64,000 nucleotides of DNA from Longimicrobiales bacterium (GTDB lineage: Bacteria; Gemmatimonadota; Gemmatimonadetes; Longimicrobiales; Gaopeijiaceae). Below, in pieces: positions 22,057 through 31,025 of the stretch; positions within the stretch are counted from its first letter, which is position 1; each line of letters opens with the position of its first letter. The stretch is from NCBI GenBank assembly GCA_965226375.1, contig CBDDCX010000008.1, positions 1,952,001 through 2,016,000 on the forward strand. The letters run 5' to 3'. The notes under the pieces were generated by a model. It made no database searches and had not been told where the DNA came from. It saw only the letters and a program-made list of their open reading frames with translations. The position numbers and the translations under genes were made by a program.

Positions 22057-22808
22057 TGGCGACCGCGACCTTCAAGATCTGGCGAGGCGACGCGGACGCC
22101 GGGGAGTTTCGGGAGTACACGACGGACTTGGTGGAGGGCATGGTCGTGCTCGACGCCATCCACCAGATCCAGGCCGAGCAGGCCCACGACCTGGCGATCC
22201 GGTGGAACTGCAAGGCAGGCAAGTGCGGGTCCTGCTCCGCCGAGGTCAACGGCATGCCCAAACTCATGTGCATGACCCGCCTGAGTGACCTGCCTCTGGA
22301 CCGCCCCGTCACCGTGGAGCCCATGAGGGCGTTCCCTCTCAAGAAGGATCTGGTGACCGACGTCTCCTGGAACTACGAAGTCAAGAAGAGGATCCGCCCA
22401 TTCAAGCCGAGGGCCCCCGACTTCGAGGACGGTTCCTGGAAGATGCACCAGTCCGACGTGGACCGGGTGATGGAGTTCCGAAAGTGTATCGAGTGCTATC
22501 TGTGCCAGGACGTATGCCACGTCCTGCGAGACCACCGCATGCACGACGAGTTCATCGGCCCGCGCTTCTTGGTCTATGCCGCCGCACTGGAGATGCACCC
22601 GTTGGACACCGAGGACCGCACGGACGACCTGCGAACCGAACATGGGGTGGGACTCTGCAACATCACGAAGTGCTGCACAAAGGTCTGTCCCGAGGGTATC
22701 ACCATCACCGACAACGCCATCATTCCGCTAAAGGAGCGGGTCGCCGACGGGGCGTACGATCCCATCGGGAAGCTGATCCACCTGGTCGCGGGACGGTCGA
22801 AGGACTGA
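22056..22808 (+). CDS. sdhB: Succinate dehydrogenase/fumarate reductase iron-sulfur subunit
   Basis: CKAGKCGSC, CIECYLCQDVC, CNITKCCTKVCP. Confidence 0.94.
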   Translation: MATATFKIWRGDADAGEFREYTTDLVEGMVVLDAIHQIQAEQAHDLAIRWNCKAGKCGSCSAEVNGMPKLMCMTRLSDLPLDRPVTVEPMRAFPLKKDLVTDVSWNYEVKKRIRPFKPRAPDFEDGSWKMHQSDVDRVMEFRKCIECYLCQDVCHVLRDHRMHDEFIGPRFLVYAAALEMHPLDTEDRTDDLRTEHGVGLCNITKCCTKVCPEGITITDNAIIPLKERVADGAYDPIGKLIHLVAGRSKD

Positions 22809-22811
22809 TCT

Positions 22812-23315
22812 ATGGAATTCGAGTTGAAGACCATCTCACCGGACAGCGTCGAGGCGGCGAAAGAGAAGGCGGTTCGATACCGGCTTCTGAACGAGCCTGC
22901 CCTGGCCGAGAGCATTTGCCGCGACGTCCTGTCCGTGGCGCCCGACGATCGCGAAGCCTTGATTACCCTCCTCCTCGCCCTCACCGACCAGTTCACTTCG
23001 CCGAGAGGGTCCCGGGTCCGTGAGGCGACCGAGCTCGTCGAACACCTCGAGGATGAGTACGACAAGCGCTACTACTCCGGAATGATCTGCGAGCGGCGAG
23101 GCGTCGCGTCGCTGGCCAAGGCCGGACCCGGATCGGGGCCGATCGCTTACGACTGGTTACGTCAGGCGATGGACCACTACGAGTCGGCGGACGAGGTCGG
23201 ACCGGAGGGCAACGAGGAGGCTCTCCTACGTTGGAACACCTGCGCCCGGGTGATCATGCGCGATCGCCATATCCGACCTCTGCCGGAAGAGCCCGCGCAC
23301 ACGATGCTGGAATAG
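22812..23315 (+). CDS. Hypothetical helical (TPR-like) protein in the sdh operon
   Basis: 167 aa, starts 3 nt after sdhB, AGGA upstream. Confidence 0.7.
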   Translation: MEFELKTISPDSVEAAKEKAVRYRLLNEPALAESICRDVLSVAPDDREALITLLLALTDQFTSPRGSRVREATELVEHLEDEYDKRYYSGMICERRGVASLAKAGPGSGPIAYDWLRQAMDHYESADEVGPEGNEEALLRWNTCARVIMRDRHIRPLPEEPAHTMLE

Positions 23316-23329
23316 CGCCCTTTCGATCC

Positions 23330-23363
23330 ACCGCCCGTTAGGAGGCGCGGGTCCTAAGGCGGT
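23330..23363. terminator. Hairpin between convergent genes, possible bidirectional terminator
   Basis: ACCGCC..TTAGGA / TCCTAA-GGCGGT inverted repeat; no U-tract. Confidence 0.4.
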
Positions 23364-23364
23364 C

Positions 23365-24009
23365 TCAGTTCTCCTCGGCGGCGGGATGCTGCAGATCGTA
23401 CATCCCGGCAGCCGCTACGCCACCCAGGACGGGCCCGACCAGGTAGATCCACAGGTTGGTCAAAGATCCGTCACCGACAAAGGTGTCGACCAGAATCGGG
23501 CCTGTGCCCACCGCCGGGTTGAAAGCACCGCCCGAAATACCTCCTACCGAGAACGCGCCGGCCATGACCGTGACCCCTATTGCCAAGCCATAGTACGAGT
23601 TGCCCGCGGTGGCATCGTCGGTGGCGACGTTGAGCACGACGAGGGCCAAGGCGAACGTGAAGAGGGCCTCGCTGAGGAGCACCGCCACCAGCCCCACATC
23701 GGCTCCGGGCGCGGGGGCGAAGGTGCTTCCGGTGACGACGAGGACCGCGAGGCTGGCCAGGACGGCACCCAGCAACTGAGCGATGACGTAGGGTACCAGG
23801 TCACGAGCTTCCATCTTGCCCCTTATGAGAATGGCGATGCTCACGGCGGGGTTGTAATGGGCGCCGGATATGTGACCACCCATGTAGACCATGACCATGA
23901 GAACCGACCCGATGGCCAAAGGAGCGAATGGACTCCCATCCAGCACGGTCAGGCCGATCGTGAACACCAGAAAGAAGGTCCCTACGACTTCGGTCAGGTA
24001 ACGGCTCAT
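23365..24009 (-). CDS. MIP/aquaporin family channel
   Basis: SGAHYNPAV and SGGAFNPAV; hydrophobic helices; start MSRYLTE. Confidence 0.92.
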   Translation of the reverse strand: MSRYLTEVVGTFFLVFTIGLTVLDGSPFAPLAIGSVLMVMVYMGGHISGAHYNPAVSIAILIRGKMEARDLVPYVIAQLLGAVLASLAVLVVTGSTFAPAPGADVGLVAVLLSEALFTFALALVVLNVATDDATAGNSYYGLAIGVTVMAGAFSVGGISGGAFNPAVGTGPILVDTFVGDGSLTNLWIYLVGPVLGGVAAAGMYDLQHPAAEEN

Positions 24010-24154
24010 GCTACGGAGGCTCCAGTCTTCAAGGGCTGCACGAGCCCGTCCTTGTTCGGACATGGGCCAAGCCAGCGGCTTCGAATGGCCCAGTTTGCGC
24101 GCTGGCCCGCCGGCCGGCAACCTTCGGCATGAATCCACTCTCGTCCGACGCGCC

Positions 24155-25105
24155 ATGACCGACTCGAACCGGGCTCGGGCTTACGCACCGGCGACCGTGG
24201 GCAACGTCCTGTGTGGATTCGACGTCTTCGGCTTGGCCCTCGAACGCCCGGGTGATGTGGTCGAGGCGCGTCGGTGCTCGGGGCCCGGTGTGGCGATCGC
24301 GGCGATCCACGGAGACCGTGGGCGCCTTTCGACGGACCCGGACCAGAACGTGGTGGGTGTAGCCGCAAGAGCGGTGATCGAGGCAGCCGGACTGCAGGGG
24401 GTGGGCGTCGAGCTCGAGGTGTGGAAGGGGCTGCCATTGTCAGGAGGTATGGGTGGCAGCGCCGCCAGCTCGGTCGCGGCGGTTGTAGCTACCAACGCCC
24501 TGCTCGAGGCCGGCTTGAGCAAGGAAGACCAACTACTCTGCACGCTCGAGGGCGAGCGCCGTGCAGCGGGGGCCACCCACCCGGACAACAGTGCTCCATC
24601 TCTTCACGGAGGCATCGTCATGGTAAGGCCGGAGCAGCCGGGCGTGGTCATCCCGCTCCCGGTGCCGAGCGGCATGGCGGTAGCCCTGGTGCATCCTCCC
24701 CTGGAGCTGGGGACCGGTGCCATGAGACAGGCCCTCCCTGCGGAGGTCCCGCTCGAACGAGCCGTTACCCAGTGGGCCAACTGTGCCGCCCTGGTCGTCG
24801 GTCTTTACGAGGAGGACTGGGACCTCCTGCAAAGAGCGCTGGTCGATGAGATCGCGGCGCCGCACCGCGCTCCGCACGTTCCCGGTTTCGATGAGGTCCG
24901 CTCGGCCGCGCTGGAAGCGGGTGCGGTGGGCGCAGGTCTGTCCGGGTCCGGCCCCTCCATGTTCGCACTCTGCCGAGACATCGGTGACGCGGCGGCCGCG
25001 GCGGACGCCATGACTGTGGCCTTCGCGGAAGTGGGGCTCGAGGATTCCGACCGGTACGTCTCCCTGGTGGGGAGTGGAGCACGGGTCATCGAGGACCTTC
25101 CTTGA
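24155..25105 (+). CDS. thrB: Homoserine kinase
   Basis: APATVGNVLCGFD, PLSGGMGGSAAS, HPDNSAP, LSGSGP; coupled to thrC. Confidence 0.92.
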   Translation: MTDSNRARAYAPATVGNVLCGFDVFGLALERPGDVVEARRCSGPGVAIAAIHGDRGRLSTDPDQNVVGVAARAVIEAAGLQGVGVELEVWKGLPLSGGMGGSAASSVAAVVATNALLEAGLSKEDQLLCTLEGERRAAGATHPDNSAPSLHGGIVMVRPEQPGVVIPLPVPSGMAVALVHPPLELGTGAMRQALPAEVPLERAVTQWANCAALVVGLYEEDWDLLQRALVDEIAAPHRAPHVPGFDEVRSAALEAGAVGAGLSGSGPSMFALCRDIGDAAAAADAMTVAFAEVGLEDSDRYVSLVGSGARVIEDLP

Positions 25106-26397
25106 GACTCCTGAGCACCAACGGTCGCAGTCCCACGGCCACCCTACAGACCGCGCTGCTCCAGGGACTCGCACCCGACGGGGGTCTCTATCTGCCCGAA
25201 CGGCTCACGCCCCTGGCCAAGTCGACACTAGAGGGCCTTCGAGGTCGCTCCTTCGTGGAGATTGCCGGAGAGGTGGCGCAGCACCTGCTGGCCGACGAGA
25301 TCGCAACATCCGATGTCCATGCTATTGTGGCCTCAGCCCTTGATTTCCCGGTGCCGCTCGTGGAGTTGGAGCCGGACGTCCATGTGTTGGAGCTCTTCCA
25401 CGGGCCGACCCTGGCCTTCAAAGACGTGGGAGCGCGTTTCATGGCGGCACTGCTCGGCCACGTCCGCAAGAACTCCTCCGAGAGGATCACCATTCTGGTG
25501 GCCACGTCCGGTGACACGGGCAGCGCGGTGGCAAACGCGTTCCTGGACGTAAGAGACGTCCAGACCGTGGTGCTCTACCCTGCGGGTAAGGTGAGCCCAC
25601 TTCAGGAGCGTCAATTCACTACCCTGGGCCGTAACGTCCGTGCATTGGAGGTCGACGGCACGTTCGATGACTGCCAACGGCTGGTCAAAGAGGCCTTCGC
25701 CGACGTCGAACTACGGGCACGGCTGAACCTTACGTCGGCCAACTCCATCAACATTGGCCGTCTTCTACCACAGACCTTCTACTACTTCCATGCCTGGGCT
25801 CAGCTCTCAAGTGGACTCCCGCCCTTGTTCTCGGTGCCGTCCGGTAACTTCGGCAACCTTACGGCAGGACTCATCGCTAAGAGGCTCGGGCTTCCGACTC
25901 GGGGCTTCGTGTCCGCCACGAACGTGAACGACACGGTGCCCCAATACCTCCGTACCGGTGTCGTCCAACCCAAACCGTCAGCCCAGACGATCTCGAACGC
26001 CATGGACGTGGGAGACCCGAGCAACCTGATCCGCATTCTTACGCTGTATGAGCATGACATCGAGGGCCTCAGGGCTGATGTGGCGGGAAGTGTGCATGAC
26101 GACGCCGAGACTCGTCGCGCCATCCGGGAGGTATACGCGAGGACCGGTCAGGTCCTGGATCCCCACTCCGCGGTGGGCTACCTGGGAGTGGAGTCGGGTC
26201 GCGTGGCCTTCGGACCTGGACCGGCCGTATTCCTGGCGACTGCGCACCCCGTGAAATTTCGGGAGGCAGTCGAGGCCGAAGTCGGCGCACTCGTGCCCGT
26301 CCCCGAGCGTTTGTCCGCCTGCCTGGAAGCCGAACGCCGAGTCACAGCCATGGGCTCCCGTCTCGGCGAGCTCCGCGACGTGCTGCTCAACGGCTGA
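25102..26397 (+). CDS. thrC: Threonine synthase
   Basis: GLAPDGGLYLP, ELFHGPTLAFKDVG, ATSGDTG, SANSINIGR, VPSGNFGN. Confidence 0.96.
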   Translation: MRLLSTNGRSPTATLQTALLQGLAPDGGLYLPERLTPLAKSTLEGLRGRSFVEIAGEVAQHLLADEIATSDVHAIVASALDFPVPLVELEPDVHVLELFHGPTLAFKDVGARFMAALLGHVRKNSSERITILVATSGDTGSAVANAFLDVRDVQTVVLYPAGKVSPLQERQFTTLGRNVRALEVDGTFDDCQRLVKEAFADVELRARLNLTSANSINIGRLLPQTFYYFHAWAQLSSGLPPLFSVPSGNFGNLTAGLIAKRLGLPTRGFVSATNVNDTVPQYLRTGVVQPKPSAQTISNAMDVGDPSNLIRILTLYEHDIEGLRADVAGSVHDDAETRRAIREVYARTGQVLDPHSAVGYLGVESGRVAFGPGPAVFLATAHPVKFREAVEAEVGALVPVPERLSACLEAERRVTAMGSRLGELRDVLLNG

Positions 26398-26473
26398 GCG
26401 AGCGTGTCGAGTGCAGTGGGGGGTCGTCTCGCGGGCCTCCAGGAGGCCTACCCGCGTCTTCGACCGAAGCCAC

Positions 26474-26992
26474 CTAACGTCCCACCTGCGCCTCGGGCCA
26501 CAGGGCGAGGGCCCTCATCGCAGTCCGATCGGGCGTGAGCTCGGAACTGCCGGGAGGGTATCCGTTGATCTCGAGGATGTAGGCGATGATGTCGGTGTAG
26601 GTCTGGGCGGGGAGCCCTCCTGGATTGTCATCCGGCATGCTGTAGGCGATGGCCGCATACAGATTCCGGACCGTCCGACCGCGCCACTCGCGCTCGAAGG
26701 TGGAGCCACGGAACTCACTGGATTCGTGGCACGAGAGGCAGGTCTCCCTGAAGAAGCCCTCGCCCCGGACCGCCTGATCGGCGGTGTAGAATGCGGGGAG
26801 GGTTGGGGAATCCGCCACTGCGACATCGGACACGGCAGCGTCCGATACGGGAGTCTCCCCACCGGCATTTACTGCGCCGTCAGCAGAGGCCGCGGGTGCG
26901 GCAGTGCCGGTCGCCACATCCTGCGGAGACGAGGCACAGCCGGTCAGAGCCAGCAATGCCAGTGTCCCCAAGGGCCCGATGAATCCCCTCAT
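26474..26992 (-). CDS. Monoheme c-type cytochrome lipoprotein
   Basis: Lipobox LTGC; CLSCH heme motif; distal MPDDNPG. Confidence 0.85.
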   Translation of the reverse strand: MRGFIGPLGTLALLALTGCASSPQDVATGTAAPAASADGAVNAGGETPVSDAAVSDVAVADSPTLPAFYTADQAVRGEGFFRETCLSCHESSEFRGSTFEREWRGRTVRNLYAAIAYSMPDDNPGGLPAQTYTDIIAYILEINGYPPGSSELTPDRTAMRALALWPEAQVGR

Positions 26993-27399
26993 GTCTGTCC
27001 TTTTCTTGTCGAATCACCAAACGTGGTGCATACCACCGACTTGAAGCAAGAGCCCGAGAGAGCACACTACCCTCCCGTTGCCAAACGACACGCACCGGGT
27101 CGTCTGCGTTGAGAATCAGCTGTGACCGAGAGCCATGACCGACCGACCGCGGCAAGGCGGTTCAACGTCGTGCCACCAAGCAACGTTTGGGCTCTCCAGG
27201 CCATCCAACAGTCGGATCGTCAAAACCGGCGCTACCGGGTGTCTCCAGGTCCCGAAACACCACGCATTCCGCTAACGTATCAATCCTGGGCTGACTATGC
27301 GTCTCAGCCGTCGGATTTGTCACAAGGCGACTTCACCGCAGAGGAGTGGAGGGCCTCGTTTTTTTACCTCAGATGGGATGATGCTGTGAGGGGCCAAAC

Positions 27400-29751
27400 G
27401 TGAAATGGATAGGAGTGGCCTTGAGCGTGTTGATGGCCACGCCTCTCGCCGGCCAAGGTTACGGACAGTCCGTGGCCGTTGGTGACGGCCAGGTGATCGT
27501 CGGAGAGTCGTTGAACACGATGGCCCCCGGATACGTCTACGTGTACCGGAAGGACGACGGGGGAGCATGGGCCGAGGCCCAGCGTCTCGAGGCCTCGAAC
27601 TCCGAGAACGGTGACCACTTCGGCCGGTCACTCGCCCTGACGGGGAATCACCTCCTGGTGGGCTCCACGACCATGGAAACGGTCTACGTCTTCGAGAAGG
27701 ATGGCGACGGGACCTGGAGCGAGACGCAGGCCATGCAGGCGCGGGGCAGTGTCGAGGGCGACTACATCGGGCGCATGGCGGCTGTGGACGGTGATAACGT
27801 GCTCATGGCTGCATGGGCGTTTTCGGGCAGCCGAGGAGCCGTGTATGTATTCCACCGTGACGCCTCTACCGGCCGCTGGAGCGAGCCGGGACGGCTCACG
27901 GGGAGCGATTCTCAGCCCAACGATTTGTTCGGGATGTCGGTCGCCATCGACGGTGATGTAGTGCTGATCGGTGCGCCCGAAAAGGATGGTAGTACCGGGG
28001 CCGTGTACGTTTTCCAGCTTGATGAGACCGGCGCATGGACCGAGAGGGACAAGCTGACCGGGGCTGGCACTGGCGCCAACAGCCGCTTCGGCCGGTCGGT
28101 CGCCTTGCGAGACGGTCGCGCGCTCATCGGCGCCTCCACCCACGAGCAGGGCCTCGGAACCGTATTCGCATACACCTACAACGAAGACTCCGGCGAGTGG
28201 GACGCAGGCGCCAAGTTGAAGCCGTTCGACGGGGGCACGCCCGGCACGCAGTTCGGAGCCTCCGCCTACTACGGCGAGTCCGACGTGTGGTTCGGCGCCC
28301 CCGGGGCATCGGGCTTCGAGGGTCGCATCTACGCCATGACCCAAGACGCCTCCGGAGATTGGACGAACGCACGGAAGATCTTGAGTGCCGATCTCGATGG
28401 CGGAGACCAGTTCGGTGCCATGTTCGCGGTCAACGGTGATGTGGCCGCGATCGGCGTGGTCGGAGACGACTATGGTCTCGGCACGGTCGCCGTCCTAGAG
28501 CGTTCCTCGAGCGGATGGGCCGAGGTCACGAGCCTGTTCAGTGAGCCCGTCAGCCTCGAGGCCGTCACTGGAGACCAGATCGACTGCTCCGAGGGCAGCG
28601 CTTCCCTGTTCGACTGCGAAGATGTGGACATGCTCTCCTTCCTTCCGGTGTCCGATCTGGGTGGCGGGCGAGGCGTCAAGGTCAACGACCTGTGGGGCTG
28701 GACCGATCCGGAGTCAGGTCGGGAGTACGCTCTGGTCGGGCGCTACGACGGCACTTCCTTCGTGGACGTCAGCGATCCGTCGGACCCACGGTACCTCGGA
28801 AACCTTCCCATGACGGAGGGAGCCCGGGGCAACTCCTGGAGGGACATCAAGGTCTTCGACGACCACGCGTTTGTGGTGGCCGACGGTGCCGGACAGCACG
28901 GAATGCAGGTGTTCGACCTGACCAAGCTCCGGGATGTGGGCAGCGACCCGGTGACGTTCGAGGCGGACGCCAATTACGGACGTATCGCCAGCGCCCACAA
29001 CATCGTCATCAACGAGGACACGGGCTTCGCCTACGCGGTGGGAGTCAACTCGGGCGGCGAGACGTGCGGTGGCGGGCTCCACATGATCAACATCCAGGAT
29101 CCACTGACACCGCTGTTCGCCGGGTGTTTCCAGGACATGTCGACGGGCAACCAAAACACCGGGTACAGCCACGACGCCCAGTGCATCAGCTACCACGGAC
29201 CGGATGAGGAGCACCGCGGCCAGGAGATCTGTTTCGGGGCCAACGAGACGGCACTGAGCATTGCCGATGTGACGGACAAGGCGGCGCCCGTAGCGCTGTC
29301 TATGGCCAGCTACCCAAATGTCGGGTACACCCATCAAGGATGGGTCGACGAACAGCACGAGTACTTCTACATGAACGACGAGACCGACGAGGTCGGCGGA
29401 CAGGTCGCACGCACCAGGACCTTGGTGTGGGACATCAAGGATCTGGACGATCCGATCCTGGTTAAGGAGCACTTCGCCGACAACGCTTCGTCGGATCACA
29501 ACCTCTACATCCGCGGTGATCTCATGTATCAGTCCAACTACGTGAGCGGACTCCGGATTCTGGACATCTCGGATCGGGAGAACCCCGAGCTCGTGGGATT
29601 CTTCGATACGGTTCCATGGTCGCCCGACGCTCCCGGATTCGACGGGTCGTGGAGCAACTACCCCTACTTCGAGAGTGGCATCATCGTGGTGAACAGCAAA
29701 TCGGAGGGCATGTTCATCTTGCGCAAGCGGGAGCGGAACCTGATTCCGTAG
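27400..29751 (+). CDS. Choice-of-anchor B family protein with N-terminal FG-GAP-type repeats
   Basis: Signal peptide; repeated FGxSVA...GAVYVF; NDLWGWTDP, WRDIKV, YSHDAQC, GYTHQGW, GSWSNYPYF. Confidence 0.85.
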   Translation: MKWIGVALSVLMATPLAGQGYGQSVAVGDGQVIVGESLNTMAPGYVYVYRKDDGGAWAEAQRLEASNSENGDHFGRSLALTGNHLLVGSTTMETVYVFEKDGDGTWSETQAMQARGSVEGDYIGRMAAVDGDNVLMAAWAFSGSRGAVYVFHRDASTGRWSEPGRLTGSDSQPNDLFGMSVAIDGDVVLIGAPEKDGSTGAVYVFQLDETGAWTERDKLTGAGTGANSRFGRSVALRDGRALIGASTHEQGLGTVFAYTYNEDSGEWDAGAKLKPFDGGTPGTQFGASAYYGESDVWFGAPGASGFEGRIYAMTQDASGDWTNARKILSADLDGGDQFGAMFAVNGDVAAIGVVGDDYGLGTVAVLERSSSGWAEVTSLFSEPVSLEAVTGDQIDCSEGSASLFDCEDVDMLSFLPVSDLGGGRGVKVNDLWGWTDPESGREYALVGRYDGTSFVDVSDPSDPRYLGNLPMTEGARGNSWRDIKVFDDHAFVVADGAGQHGMQVFDLTKLRDVGSDPVTFEADANYGRIASAHNIVINEDTGFAYAVGVNSGGETCGGGLHMINIQDPLTPLFAGCFQDMSTGNQNTGYSHDAQCISYHGPDEEHRGQEICFGANETALSIADVTDKAAPVALSMASYPNVGYTHQGWVDEQHEYFYMNDETDEVGGQVARTRTLVWDIKDLDDPILVKEHFADNASSDHNLYIRGDLMYQSNYVSGLRILDISDRENPELVGFFDTVPWSPDAPGFDGSWSNYPYFESGIIVVNSKSEGMFILRKRERNLIP

Positions 29752-29906
29752 CGTTCCCGATCTCCTACGCCCGTTTCACCGGGTGAGAAGCCCTCTCCAC
29801 GCTTCGGCGCGGGGAGGGCGTTCTGCATCACAGGGGGGCGCCGCCGAACTCAGCGGCGCGTACGAGTTCATACGTATACTCACGACGCAAAGATACGTAC
29901 CTGACT

Positions 29907-30989
29907 TCACCGCGCGCCCTCGACCTCCGTGAAGGCGATCGCGAACGGGCAGATACCGACCTGAACCTGGGCCTCGACCGAGAAATCGGCGGCCAATCGA
30001 TGCACCACCGAGGGTGCCGTGCAGTCGGGGTTCAACGTGTACAGCCGGCCGGAGCTGTCGAAGCCCAGCCCCGAGACGCTCGCGACTCCGTCGGGGGTGA
30101 TGGGGTCGTCGGCCCCGCGCACGAACGCGCCTGTCTGAGAGTCCCAAACCATGGCTCCAATGCCGAAGGCGCCCACTACGACCCTGCCGTCGCCATGCAC
30201 GGCGATGGATCCGGGAAAGTTGCCGAAGCCTTCCACGTAGTCGACCTCGGTGAGGCTCCCACTGTCGACCACAGAAACGGCTCCGTTGTTCGCACCCTAA
30301 GTTCCGGACTGAATCAGGAAGAGCCTTCCGTCCGAGTGGATCGTGCCCGCCGCGACGTTCTCACCGGTAAGCTGGATGGTGCTCACGACCTGGAGCGTTG
30401 CACCGTCCACGACCGAAACGGTCGAAGGGCCCGCGGGGACGAAGTTCTCCAGCTCGGCGTTGAGGACGTAGGCCCGGCCACCCGAGACCACGATCCCCTG
30501 CGGAAAGCGCCCGACCGCGATCGGCGCCCCGACGGTCCCACTCAGAACGTTCACTGGGCTCACCGTGCCGAGGCTCGAGTTCGCGACCAGCACGATCGAG
30601 TCGTTGACGAAGCCCACTCCCGTAGCACCCGATCCTACGGGCAGCGCGATCGTGCGCAGGAGAGTCGCCTGAGCGACATCGACAATGGCCACCGCCGGGA
30701 CCACTCCCAGCGGGATGGCGGCCAGAGCTCCCCGCACCGCCAGCGTCACCGGACTGCCGTCCGCCCCCAGGCCGACAACCTGCGTCACCGAAGGATCGTC
30801 CACGTCGAAGATCGTCAGTGAGACGTCGGTGCTCGTGACCACAACGCCGACCTCCCGCGCCTGGACCTGTGGCTCTACCGGGTCGTCTGAGCACCCCGAC
30901 ACCGCGACCAGAGCTACAAGAGACAGAAGGCGCAGGAAGGCAGGTGTACCAAACGCGCGTCGGAGTGGGGATCTGGTGAACTCGAACAT
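29907..30989 (-). pseudogene. YncE-like beta-propeller lipoprotein (putative B12-uptake partner) with in-frame TAG at 30297-30299
   Basis: Lipobox VSGC; VGRFPQGI/VGICPFAI repeats; the two ORF-track pieces share one frame. Confidence 0.75.
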
Positions 30990-31025
30990 TCTGGTCTCCT
31001 GAAGATGAAGTTGAGAGTGGGTCAT

